This document shows positions 1 to 11,899 of a stretch of DNA of 59,185 nt, piece after piece. This DNA is from Paraglomus brasilianum (taxonomy: Eukaryota). The notes beneath the pieces are model-generated. The model was not told the DNA's origin. It saw nothing but the letters and a program-made list of their open reading frames with translations, and made no database searches. The DNA lies in NCBI GenBank assembly GCA_910592345.1, contig CAJVPI010000081.1:1-59185 (forward strand). Reading direction: 5' to 3'. The position numbers and the translations under genes were made by a program. Position 1 is the first letter of the stretch, and the number at the start of each line of letters is the position of its first letter.

Positions 1-1141
1 AACCTACTCGTGATTTTACTAGATTGTCAAGATCTTTTTCACGACGTTCTCTCATCTGCCGCTCAAACTCTTCTCTCAACTAAAAATTGATTTACAGTCA
101 GCACGCTAGTCAGTCTTCAAAATCTCCTTGCTTTTGCAGTTCGATTGATCCATTTTAATGCTTTCCTCACCTCTTGCGGTGTTTTAAGCTTCATTCCCAC
201 GTCCCATGAAGTGCGTAGCCCCTCTTCCCCAAACATATCGTATATTGTGCGTTTCGTTTTGTCCACGAGCACTAAAATTTAGGTAGGAATCATAGCGACA
301 AAAAGCGGGAACGAAAAAAAAATATGAACAAGTTACGCGTCTTTTTTCATTATAACTCTCATCCTTTATTCTGTTCTAACCTTCATAAGCTTTCTGAATA
401 ACCTGAAACTTTTTCTCGGCTGCTAGCTTATCTGTTTGATCTACATGTTTATCCGGATGGAACGTTCTACATAATCTTTTGTATGCTTCTTTTATTTCAT
501 CTTCAGTAGCCTGTGTTAACGGTCGAGGATCGGGAGGAAGTAAAGCAAATGGGATATAAAAGAGATGAGGAAAAAAAATAAAATAATACAGTTAAAAATA
601 AAATAAAATAAAATAAAAAAGATAAAATAGAACACCAAAACCACACGCAAAAAAACCCCCAACTTTTGTTATATTTAAGTATGCGAGTGTTGGAAAAGGT
701 ATTTATAGAATAACTTTGTCATAATCAGAAACTACATTACTTTTGAGGATCAGTGTATAATTGGATATAGAATACGAAAAGGGAGGAGGGAGACTTGAGG
801 AATTATTCAGGAACTCAAATTATTGCAGGTAGAAGCCGTGGTTATGTGTGAAGAATTAAGTGCCAAATCTACGAGGAGTATGCATACTTAAAAAAAGCGT
901 ATGAGCAAGTAATACACTCGCATGCCTTATCCTATTAATAAATAAATATACATTTTGATATCTTTACCCATGTAATCCATTTATACTTTGCTCAATTTAT
1001 AAATCATACCTCTTTAGCAACATTTAAAACGGCGTAAAAGTCCACGTCCTGAGGCTTAACTTCCTCATTCCTCTCTTCTTCTTCAGGGTCTTGTAGGTCA
1101 TCGTTTGGAGGAAAGGTATACCCTTCGTCGTAACCTGACAT
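1..1141 (-). CDS. DNAJC11: DnaJ/Hsp40 J-domain protein, DNAJC11-like; multi-exon, 3' part runs off the window
   Basis: Minus-strand exons read MSGYDEG...DFYAVLNVAKE (1141-1010), ATEDEIKEAYKRLCRTFHPDKH...KFQVIQKAYE (510-~382), VLVDKTKRTIYDMFGEEGLRTSWDVGMKLKTPQE and LREEFERQMRERREKDL. HPD motif present; the post-J-domain sequence resembles DNAJC11; GT-AG introns. Confidence 0.85.
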
Positions 1142-1418
1142 TTAGGATCGCATCTATGGTGAGACGAGTGAGAAGGAATCTATGAGGAAAGAATGTAAGT
1201 ATGGTTGATTTGTTCTTGGAAAATTTTATCAGACACATCTATTATATTTCTCACGTGCAGATATACTCGACCAGTTATAACTAGTTCAACCAATAAAGGA
1301 CACAAGCAGTATGCGGAGAGATTATCTCTACAATTCATCCAATCTAATGAATTTCACGTGAACTACATAGTAAATTCCGACAAACTACGCCACTCAAATA
1401 TTGAAAAAGAATTTTTCA

Positions 1419-3822
1419 ATGGCGAAAAAGAATAATAAAAAAGCCAATATCGGCAAAGCTTCAGACAACAGCAAGATAAAGGAAAAGGAGAAAGAAATCA
1501 GCCAAAATCCAGAACAGGAAGAACAGCAGCAAGAGCAGGCACAGAGCGTTGTAGCTGGAAAGAAACGAAAACGAGAGAATTTTGACAATGACAATGAACA
1601 ACACGCTCCACCTCAGTCACCTCAGAAAAAAGCGAATACATCAAATTTTATTGATATGTCGTCGGAAGAGTCAAAAATTGGAGAAGGTAAAGCGCAAAGT
1701 GTAACGAGGATGCTGTAAGTCAACTCGCTGTCAATCGTACAAGATCCGGATGGCATGCATACTGCGCAGAATGGCTATTTGCCCCTTCCATTTGACGTAT
1801 CTGATTTATCGGTTTTTCTTCTTCTTTGGACTATCAACAGACGTTGAATTGAATTATTCGTTCGATTCATTGGACGTTTCTGAACAAACAAAGAAAGCAA
1901 TCGTAGATATGGGCTTTACGCGCATGACAGAAGTTCAGGCTCGTACAATACCTCCACTAATGGCTGGACGCGACGTACTTGGAGCCGCAAAGACCGGGTC
2001 AGGCAAGACATTAGCATTTTTAGTACCAGCCGTGGAGATTTTGTTCAAGTTAAAATTTAAGCCAAGGAATGGTGAGTACTGTACAAAGCGTTTGGTTGGA
2101 AAGAAATGCACCCTATACTAGCGTAGTAAAGAAAGGTACGGAATCGCTTTATTCTAAAGCATTTTCTGACTTGATTGTTTTTTGGGGGTTTTTTTTTGTA
2201 ATTCACTGATCAGGAACAGGAATTATAGTGATATCACCCACGCGTGAATTGGCCTTGCAAATTCTCGGTGTAGCCAAAGAACTTTTAAAGTATCATCAAC
2301 ATACATTCGGTATTGTCATGGGCGGTGCAAATAGACAAGCTGAAGCACAAAAGTTACAGAAAGGAGTCAATCTTTTAATTGCTACACCAGGACGATTATT
2401 GGATCATTTGCAGGTATGTTTATAGGAAGTAGAAGCAAAGTGATGCGAAAAAGTTAAAAGATTTCAAGTCAAGTAATAAGATTATTATGAAAATTTCTTT
2501 AAATAGAACACAAAAGGTTTCGTATACAAGAATGTGAAGGCTCTCGTCGTTGACGAGGCAGACAGAATTCTGGAAATAGGTTTTGAAGACGAAATGAAGC
2601 AAATTATAAAAATTATACCAAATGGTAATTCTACAACACGTTGACAGCAATAGTAACGGCAATTTATTAATTCGACTATCGCTGTTTATAACTTTTTTTT
2701 TTAAAGAAAACCGCCAGTCTATGCTCTTTTCAGCAACACAAACCACCAAGGTCTCTGACCTTGCACGAATATCTCTTCGGCCTGGACCCATATACATCAA
2801 CGTTGACAGTGCGAAAGAGACTTCGACAGTTGAAGGTCTTACACAGGGATACGTTGTTTGCGATAGCGACAAACGCTTCCTCCTTCTCTTTACTTTCCTC
2901 CGTCGCAACCTATCCAAAAAAATCATTGTCTTTTTTTCTTCATGTAAATCAGTCAAATATCACGCTGAACTCCTCAATTACATTGACACGCCCGTGTTAG
3001 AGCTTTATGGTAAACAGAAACAACAAAAGCGAACAAATACATTCTTCGAATTCCATAATGCGGAAAAAGGAATCCTCCTTTGTACAGACGTGGCAGCAAG
3101 AGGATTAGATATCCCCGCAGTGGATTGGATTGTGCAATACGATCCACCAGATGACCCACGTGATTATATACATAGAGTTGGAAGAACGGCTAGAGCTGGT
3201 GGGAGAGGGAAGAGTTTGTTGTTCTTGCTTTCAAGCGAATTGGGTTTCTTAAGATATTTAAAACAGGCAAAAGTGCCACTGAACGAATACGAGTTTGCTA
3301 AAGGAAAAATTGCTAATATCCAGACTCAGGTAAGGATGACAAAATATACATAAAATGAAGCTTTACGTGATGACATATAATGACCCGGGTTATAATCAAC
3401 ATATATATATATATCTCTTTTACCACCATCCTTATCTGTTTCTTGCTAAAAATACCACTCTTTATTCTCCATGCTACGATTTTAACTATTTTTTATCTTA
3501 TTCCCCCTACACACAGCTGGAAGCTTTGATATCCAAGAATTATTATCTCTATCAATCCGCACGGGATGGCTTTCGTTCCTATTTAACCGCATATGCTTCG
3601 TACTCTCTGAAATCAATTTTTAATCTAAACAATCTTGATCTTCAAAAAGTGGGCAAATCTTTTGGATTTTCGGTTCCGCCAAGAGTAGACATTAATATGG
3701 GTGTTAGTACGAAGGAACAAAAATCAGGAAGAAGAACGTACAAGAAAAACGAAGACAGTGACAAAAAAGATTATTATTTAAAGCAAAAGGGCAAAAGCGG
3801 AAGTAGACAATGGAGTCGTTAG
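1419..3822 (+). CDS. HAS1: DEAD-box ATP-dependent RNA helicase Has1/DDX18, multi-exon
   Basis: Motifs [35 protein letters not shown] (2552-2563), [18 protein letters not shown], and a C-terminal [15 protein letters not shown]...FGFSVPPRV domain; acidic/basic N-terminal tail. Confidence 0.95.
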
Positions 3823-4197
3823 AATCTGTAAATTCTAGCTTGTTTAATAATAAGCGATTTATTGTGACGTTCAATGAACGCGCTTAATAATAAAATGTCA
3901 TGAACTAAATAAATGCAAACATTCATCGATGAAGAAAAGATGGGGTGATTTTTTTTGTGGATCATAATCGAACTATTTTTACAGAAACTGCTAATTTTAA
4001 AGCTGTTTTTCAGCACTGCTAAAATATATCTATCGCGAGGAACTTTTATTCACAACGAGGTGCTCGCTAAAGCCCAGTTTAGGCTGTTTTTATGCTAAAA
4101 TATATCAATGCTTTGTGAAACACGTTATTTGCTGTCATGTGACCAATTGGCTCAACTTGGCACTTGTCTACAAAGTGGTAACAACCCTTGAAAAAAA

Positions 4198-5186
4198 ATG
4201 AACAGAATTCGCCACTTCCGATTCCTTGCCACTTCTGCAACCATCGGAGTCACCTTGCTTGGAACAAGTCGAATATCCCGAGTCTATGCCGAAGAGGTGA
4301 AAAAATACGAAAAGGTGAACAATTATAGAACATGGGCTATGCCAGAATTATGTGACCTTTTCCCCCCACGATAATCCACGATAATTAACAATAGCTTATT
4401 CTATCGATTATTATTAGCCAAGGATATATGATGACCCTAAACCCGAGATAGTACTTGAAGAAGTCCCAACGCGTTTGGAAGCAGGCGTTAGAAAATTCAG
4501 ACTTCAAGCTACCCGATCTGTTAAAGACGTGCAGGTAGGAGTAGCGCTCTAATGTCGAGATATGATGGAAAGGGAGTCTCCCACCGACCATGTGGATGTA
4601 ACTGTAGTTATAAATAGGCCACTCTGCGAACATGGACCAATAATTGGATAGAAATCGAACAAAAAACTGAAAGTAAGTAAACATTGCAATTCAAGATATG
4701 TCGTAGTTTGAAATACTGTAAACTCTTTTGTTTTGTTACAGAGACAATAAAAGACGTAATCTCTCCGGAGGAGCGATTGATGCCCGAAGTCTTGTACATT
4801 GCTGTGGCAACCTTTGCGGGAATGGTCATTACGAGAAATCGTATGTCTTTTTTTTTATTATTATTATTCCCATCTCTTTGTTGAATCTCGTGCTTATCCA
4901 ATATTTTCTACGCGTGCCAGGTAACATTCTAATCCGCCTCGCGAGCCCAGTTGCATTTGCTGTCGCGGCATCATACTACTTTATTCCCCGAACAGCACGC
5001 AACATTACCAATAGAATGGATGAATATGGACAAGAATCTAGAACGATTACTGCAGTGAGGAGTACTCTTTCCGATGTCGTTAGGAATTCAAAAGAGAGCG
5101 TTGAAGTGGCCGTCAAAGATATAAGCGATGCAGTGACGGGATCCAAGAGCCAATCCAAGAAAGGAGTTGCGAATGGCTCAGAGTGA
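4198..5186 (+). CDS. MIC26: MICOS complex subunit Mic26/Mic27 (apolipoprotein O family), multi-exon
   Basis: Presequence-like N-terminus MNRIRHFRFLATSATIG...VYAEE, then LSIIISQGY-region exon, PTRLEAGVRKFR, and ERLMPEVLYIAVATFAGMVITRNR|GNILIRLASPVAFAVAASYYFIPRT, which fits the ApoO pattern. Confidence 0.75.
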
Positions 5187-6370
5187 AATAGGAATTATTA
5201 AATATAAACTACAGGAATGTTTTTCGATAAATAAACGTTCAAGTTAGATGATCTGTTTATCTATTTGTCTGGTTATTAGTTATCAATTTATCTAGTGTAA
5301 TTGGACCGTAATCCGATACCTCAGTCATCACGTTACCACTCGCATCCCCGGCATTTTCTAACAGGTGAAATCGAAAATTTAAGCTTGTTGCAGAGCTATT
5401 CTTCATCAAAGCGTTGGCATTAACTCTTTGCCAATAGTTGTATGGTAATTGCTTAAATTTTCCGGGGTAAACGCGTTCATTGTGCACAACCTACGTTCAC
5501 GTGTATCATAACGCAATCTTTTGTTTCGACGAGAATAAAGTTTCAGCATTTTATGTGGTTATTCATACTAAATCTAAATCGTGTTGCATTCAAAAGTAAC
5601 CTGAACCAGCAGCGATACCATGTAAAATGTTGGATTCTCATATTGTAAAACAGATTAAATTCATGGTCTCAAATTTCGCTAATAAAGCTACTTAATATAC
5701 CAACCAGTATGGTAGAATATGTGTCACGCTATCTGTCCAACTGTTATGCATACAATGTCGACCCTGAACTTATTAAACATACAAGTTATATGCTAATACT
5801 GTGAATGTAAGAACATCTCTCGCATTTAATGGAGTTGCTTTTGGACGCTATTTGCTTTCTAGTCTCTTCAATTATTGTATTTTATGGTTTAATTTGTACG
5901 GGGGTTTTCTAGCATTAATTTTAAGAACGCGGACTCAATTAAGTTGGGCATGTTTGTTTCTCTGCCATTTTATTACTATTACTATAGACATCTCTTAGTT
6001 TAAGTTAAATTGCTTGCAAAGTTAATTATACATGTTTTTCAGAAAGGCTAGATTGTAATTAGGCTTACATACTTTTATTCCAAAAAGAATAAGATATAAT
6101 TAATGCTTTTATTAAATGCTTTTATTAAATGCAGTAAATACCAATACTAATACGGTCAGCCTCGAAAAAAATCTATGTTAATAGAAAATTTTTCTTGCAC
6201 GATTCGCAATAAGCCAATTAATCAAATTGAGCCTATCGGTAATAATTATTAAATTAGAATTGTTCTTTGTTTCCCTTATCTTGTGCATGTGTAGATGGTC
6301 ACCAATCACATTCGAGGGAGCGAAAATAAAAAACTAAACTGGGCCAGTTACCAATATGTGATCCTAGAGA

Positions 6371-6373
<3 letters not shown>

Positions 6374-6411
<38 letters not shown>
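6374..6411. repeat. 38-nt poly(T) tract
   Basis: Counted directly in the sequence. Confidence 0.95.
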
Positions 6412-7426
6412 CATACGAACAATTTACCAATATCGCTATAATCTCTGCTGCTACTTAAACAAGCACTATTACTAACAGTGTGCTGTGCTGAAGAGGTGGC
6501 AGTACTGTATATTTTCAGTCTATCTTTTTATGCATATTTTTTGTTCACATTCGCTGATTCGGATCAAGATGGACATGTGTCATCGTTACTACCTAAACCG
6601 GACATCAAACCCAAATTTGGAAGGTGGAACAGAAACAGGAACAAGAAATGAAAAGAACTATTTAAAAGTCTTATAAAATCGAAAAGAACTATTTAATTTA
6701 AACCCTGTATTCTAGTCAAGTAGATGGCTACGACAATAGGCATATTATGACAAGTATAGTTGATTGTTCAATTGGTGCAGAAACGGCCCTATTGTTAAAT
6801 TATTAGACGATAAGCAATGAATAGTGGCTGTATGTGAATGTGAAACAACAACTTGCAACCTATTAAAACTATCTACTAAAGAACAGTGACATTTCCCGTC
6901 TTTTTCAGGTATTCTGCTGCACGCATGCTGAACACATTGTTAAATGTTATACTTTCTTCGATTCAAATGAAGTAATATTGGTATCATAGATGCATAAGAA
7001 GCACTATTGGTGTAACCAATCTATTTTTACTCGACGTTTTACAAAAAATCAATCACTACAATAATGTTCGGGGAGGAAAAACTTTTTGGCAGGAATACTT
7101 TGATCGCCCACTTTTAACTGTATGTTCTTTGTACTCTCGCCTATTGATCAACGCTACCGCGACTATATCGTATCCCAAAATTGCTATCAATGATCGCTTT
7201 TAGTTATCCCAGACGAGAGCCTTTGATGATATTATAAGAGAAGCTGAGTATTCAATTCTAACCCCTATTACCATGCTTTCATGCAGATCCCTGTATACGA
7301 GGATATTATATCAACAGTTGACGCAGGGGCACAAATATTTACGGCTTACTTCATACTGTCAATTTATGTGTAACACTAGCTGTTTATCCCATAGTATACA
7401 ATGCTTTTGCACTCTATAATGATGGC

Positions 7427-7560
7427 AAATACCTGACAAAAGAGTTGTGAATATTCACCTGACACAGGCTGTTCTCGTTGGATATTTCACCTGACAAGAG
7501 TTCGTAAATCTGTTTGCATAATTTACGTTATTTGGACATTTCACCTGAACGCTGACAAAG
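7427..7560. repeat. Short dispersed repeat, (TTC)ACCTGA(C) x4
   Basis: Motif at about 7431, 7456, 7486 and 7540; two copies are followed by a(a)agagtt. Confidence 0.55.
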
Positions 7561-7913
7561 CTTTAAACATATGTCGCATAATAATATTATGGAACTCGCT
7601 CTATACAGTTTTCAACTCGATATGAGAATAGATTTGTATTAGAAACGTGAGATAGTAAGTAACATCTCCTCCAATATGTATGCTGCGAATAATTCATAAA
7701 CGTGATATGCTCGAAAATAACACTAGTTATAAAAAGAAGATAAAAAGATCGCATGAATCCAATGACTGCCTGTAATAGTAAACAAATTAGGAATAAATGA
7801 CAAGATCGTGTAAACTCCAACTTTTGAGCTTGTCTTTGATGGCTAGTTTCATGTCGTCATAATTACGTAGCCTTTGAGATCCATATAATCGAATATTCGC
7901 CTTCATCCTCAAT

Positions 7914-10293
7914 TCATTCATCCTTAATCCATCCCATAGTAATACGATTGCTTGCATCCCTTGTGCGGCCTACAACGAACAAACTATTCGTTTGAGCGAA
8001 ATTGTCAGATATGAGCGCTACACATTCCATTTCGGGCAGATTCTTGACATGCAAATGTATCCAATAATTCCTCTCGAACAGGTAAATTTTGAGAAATTCC
8101 CAAGGCTTGGTTGTGTTATATGTACGTTTTGGGGAGGATACATCGGGGATTGGCAGATGATCGTTGAATAAAGGCAAATATGAATGAGACCGAGACCGAG
8201 ACTGTGATGGAGGCTGTGTAGAATGCAGCGATTGATCCATCCGGGGATATTGCAATGATAATTCGCTTGACTGCGTGCTAAAAGAGATTGCAGTATTGTC
8301 AGTATAATTAAGCAATCCACCACGTCGTTAATCCTTTTCAAATCCCAAATTGACTTGCAACCACTAACCCGTTTATAAAGCCGCCGCTGAGCCTTTTCCT
8401 TCTAGCCGTACTCGTATTTTCATCCAAATTCCATCGATCTTTATCCCATCCGCCAAAGAGAATTAACCGTCTTGTCATTCCCACCATTGCTGCGCCACAA
8501 TATCTTCCCACTGCTTCTCCTCTCGTCATAACCCATTCTTGCCGTTTTCCGATATATGTAAAAAAAAAGCCGTTTGCACGTGGTGATACGTGTTTTTCCC
8601 AATAAGATATTGCAGAAACAGAAGACTGGTCAATAGTGTTGGATGAATGGGAATGTTGCTCTGAAGTTACGCTCGTTTTCGTGGTCGCGTTGCCGTTTGT
8701 GATGCCAGAGTGTAGAATAGACAAAGATGAGGAAGATGAATCCGGTAAGAAATCAGGAATTCGAAAACACCATAAATCCTCATCATCGTGTACGCTATTT
8801 TTCAAGCATTCATAGGCAGCGCGTTCAACCTTGCTTACAGATCCACATTGTATGTGATCGTCCCCTGCTCTTATAATTGTGAATAAAAATAAACAACATA
8901 AATTAGTATTACTTACGCACATTCTAAATGATTTTTTGATCAATCTGGTTATCACATATAATACGTCCTTCCATCTTCTATTACACACTCTCTCTCTCCA
9001 TGTTTCTATATTCATTACGATAGATCATACCGTCTAGATTCAGTCGCAAATGTCAATTGTTGTCCGCCGTATATGTATAATGCTGAATCAATAGCAGTAC
9101 AGGCGTGATACGACCGTGGATATGGCGTCGAGAAAGTTGTTGGGAACATCCATGTAGAATGTGGAATATAGAATAGATAGAAATCTTTCGTGTCGTAATA
9201 TATTGACCCTAAAATTTGAGAAACAGAAAAAGACGAGAAATAGAGGGTGTTGAGAAGGCTAAATGGAAAAAGTACAGAAATAGTGTTAGAAAGTAATATA
9301 TAAAAAAAAACATAAATTTTGCATACACCTGCTAGCATACACACAAACACTAGCATACACACACTAGCATACACACCACTAGCATACATACACTACGCAA
9401 TAATAACAAAATGCAAGCTAAACATGTAGCCCTACTCACCTATCTTGACAAGTTGGTTTGCAAAAAAATTATGTTCAAATGTTGTTTTTCTTCTTTCCGC
9501 GCCAGCTTTTGATTTTTTGTGCTACGTTTGACGTGCTTGATAAGTTTTACGATATACACTTACCATTATCGTTAGCCATAACACAATCATCCCCATTATT
9601 TTCATATGCTATACGTCGCCCCCCAAAAACTGCCAGCCACTTCTCGGAAACTGCTTGGATAGTGTGCATACACCTCCCTCCCGGAATTACTCCTCCTGCT
9701 TCAACAACTTTAATCTCCATTTTTTCAACGTTTATTTCATATAATATGTTGCTGACATTCCCGCTGTAAGTTTCCCCACCAAACAAGTATATCTTCTTGT
9801 TTGCAACTGTTGCGGCAGTATTTAAAAGTGGTGTATAGAGCAAGTTGGAGGCTGGATGTATAGAAAGCGGGTACGGAATCCATTGTGAAGGTGAAGCAGA
9901 AAGGGATAGAACGTAACAATATGGCAAGTCTGGAGATAAGAATGGAAGATAGAGTTTGTCGTTTAGAAGTACTGTTGTGCGGTAGACTTGTGGTGGAGGA
10001 GAGGGAGGTGGTTGTAACGAGGAGTAGTTTGGCGAGTGATAGTGCTGCTGGGTTGTAATTTCTGCGGTTGCTGTCATTGAAACAGTCTCTTCAGACTTGT
10101 TTCTTTTATTCGTCCATTGAACTTCTTCCCACTTTGGCGAATAAAAACCCAAATAATAAATTCTAAACACGCGATATATACATGAACATGACAATGCGAA
10201 TTTCAATTGTTCAGTGCTTGTCAAATAATCAAATATACAATAAATTATCTCAATTGAAAGTTTGAAGAGTGGTGTTGTTGGTGGAGTGGTCAT
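7914..10293 (-). CDS. F-box and kelch-repeat protein, multi-exon
   Basis: N-terminal F-box-like LFKLSIEIIYCIFDYLTSTEQLKFALSC. Kelch hallmarks IYLFGG, GRCMHT...LAVFGG, PRSYHACT...LYIYGG and LILFGG. The last exon and stop are less certain. Confidence 0.8.
9332..9394. repeat. Intronic minisatellite, CTAGCATACAC(AC)n, about 4 copies
   Basis: ctagcatacacacaaaca / ctagcatacacaca / ctagcatacacacca / ctagcatacataca. Confidence 0.85.
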
Positions 10294-11764
10294 TGTGTTG
10301 CGTGCATTTTGAAATGTATTGCTTGTTGTCTCGACCTTTTAGCTTTTTATTCGGTCAAACATATTTGGTTAATGCATTTTGTATTTCAATGCTAATTTGA
10401 TTCGCCATTTCTCAAGTAGATTATGTAGTAGAGAGCAGATTGCCAGTTATGAAAAAGAGTGGCACGACTGACAAATAATTTTTGTTCAGCCAAAGGTTGG
10501 CTTTCAATGTTTCTAGATTAAAAAAAAAAAAGCTACTATATTATAAAAAGTATACATTGTATATTGGTTTCTAAATTGGTACTGTGTTTGTAAATATATG
10601 CGAATATTGTGTGCGGAAATTCTTTTATGCTACATATGTTATTTCTTTGCAGCACAAACGTATGAGTTGTCTCATAATAAAATGGTTTATAATTTGTAAT
10701 AAGAATTTTTTTAAACGCTGTATACACTATTGTGTATTGTCTTTTGATAAGACGCTTTTCTTTCTTCACCAATCCTGGTCAATTGCAATAGTCCAATAGT
10801 TCCAGGCTGGTACGCATTCGTCTTGTTCCACCTTACGTACGAGTAGCGCCCCAGAGAGCATCAGCCGTATCGGCCGTTCTCTTGATATATATAATTTTTC
10901 TTGAACAATGCTAAGACGGTTTAGGAACAGGGTTGGTTTGATTTAGCCATTCTTTTGATTATATCTAACGTTAAACCAACTAATGTTGGCGTCATTGCTC
11001 TATGATGTCACATTATAGTGCCTATGTTGATTGGTGAATAAATCGACATAATATAATTCCGGATTTGGCTTAAACTCTGAAAAATTTTTCGCCCCTTTTT
11101 TGACCTTATTATTATACAAATGACTCTCGATAAATCTGACCACGTGATTTGGAGAAACGATCATTACCGTTTTAGTAAAGAAACACAATATATTTGGGAT
11201 CAGTAATCTTGAGAATGAATGACCTAAACATCAAATTGGAAGAAAGCGAATGCATTATTATATTTAAATAAAAGGAGGGGGGTATTTTTATGAAATTCGA
11301 TAAGTCGAATCTCTCACAAAATCTCCGCCCCGACGAGAGTCTACTGTGATGGTTAGCATAATATTTTCCTTGTCGAATTGCATAACAAGGATAAAAATAA
11401 AGAAATAATGGTCCGACGTTCTATTAGTAAATTTTAGGCTGATCCCACGCATTTGGCAGTGGGCGCAAGTATAAAATACAAGCCCGTTGGGGCAAACACT
11501 CATTAGACATAGTAATAGATGTATTATATAAAACATTACTCTGAAATGTTTCTAGAAATTTTCTTGAAACATCGCATCTCTAACAGTTGTTGGACATGAA
11601 ACGAGAAAAGAGGATATATAATGTGAGTATAGTTATCCAATCGAACTCTTTAAAAAACCAATGCGAAAATTTGATTTTGGGGCGTGGATGCGCGCCGTCT
11701 TGTAGAGTTACTACTATTCTATATTCGTCCATTGGCCTAAAAAAATAATCGGCAGTCAATAATA

Positions 11765-11899
11765 CACTAGCGCTGGCAAATGCTGTTGAATCTTCAGTAA
11801 TCTCCCCTGCACTCGGAAGTAACTGCACACGCTCTAAGGCTTCCCTAATCGCATGTTCCGAGTGTTCATCAAAAGGGTCAAGGTTCGATCTTATAGTTC
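11765..11899 (-). pseudogene. Orphan exon of an ABCC/MRP transporter (NBD2 region)
   Basis: After a TAG acceptor it reads (G)TIRSNLDPFDEHSEHAIREALERVQLLPSAGE, the conserved ABCC GTIRxNLDPF motif. I found no flanking transporter exons. Confidence 0.75.

Noticed and set aside
7860..7916. In-frame TGA followed by IEDEGEYSIIWISKAT at the end of the kelch gene (readthrough or selenocysteine)
   Set aside because: No redox motif or recognisable SECIS; a 16-codon open stretch is expected by chance.
8918..8945. Possible 28-nt cassette exon in the kelch gene (CAG acceptor, GTAAGT donor)
   Set aside because: Inclusion breaks the frame while skipping keeps it; it cannot be supported without RNA data.
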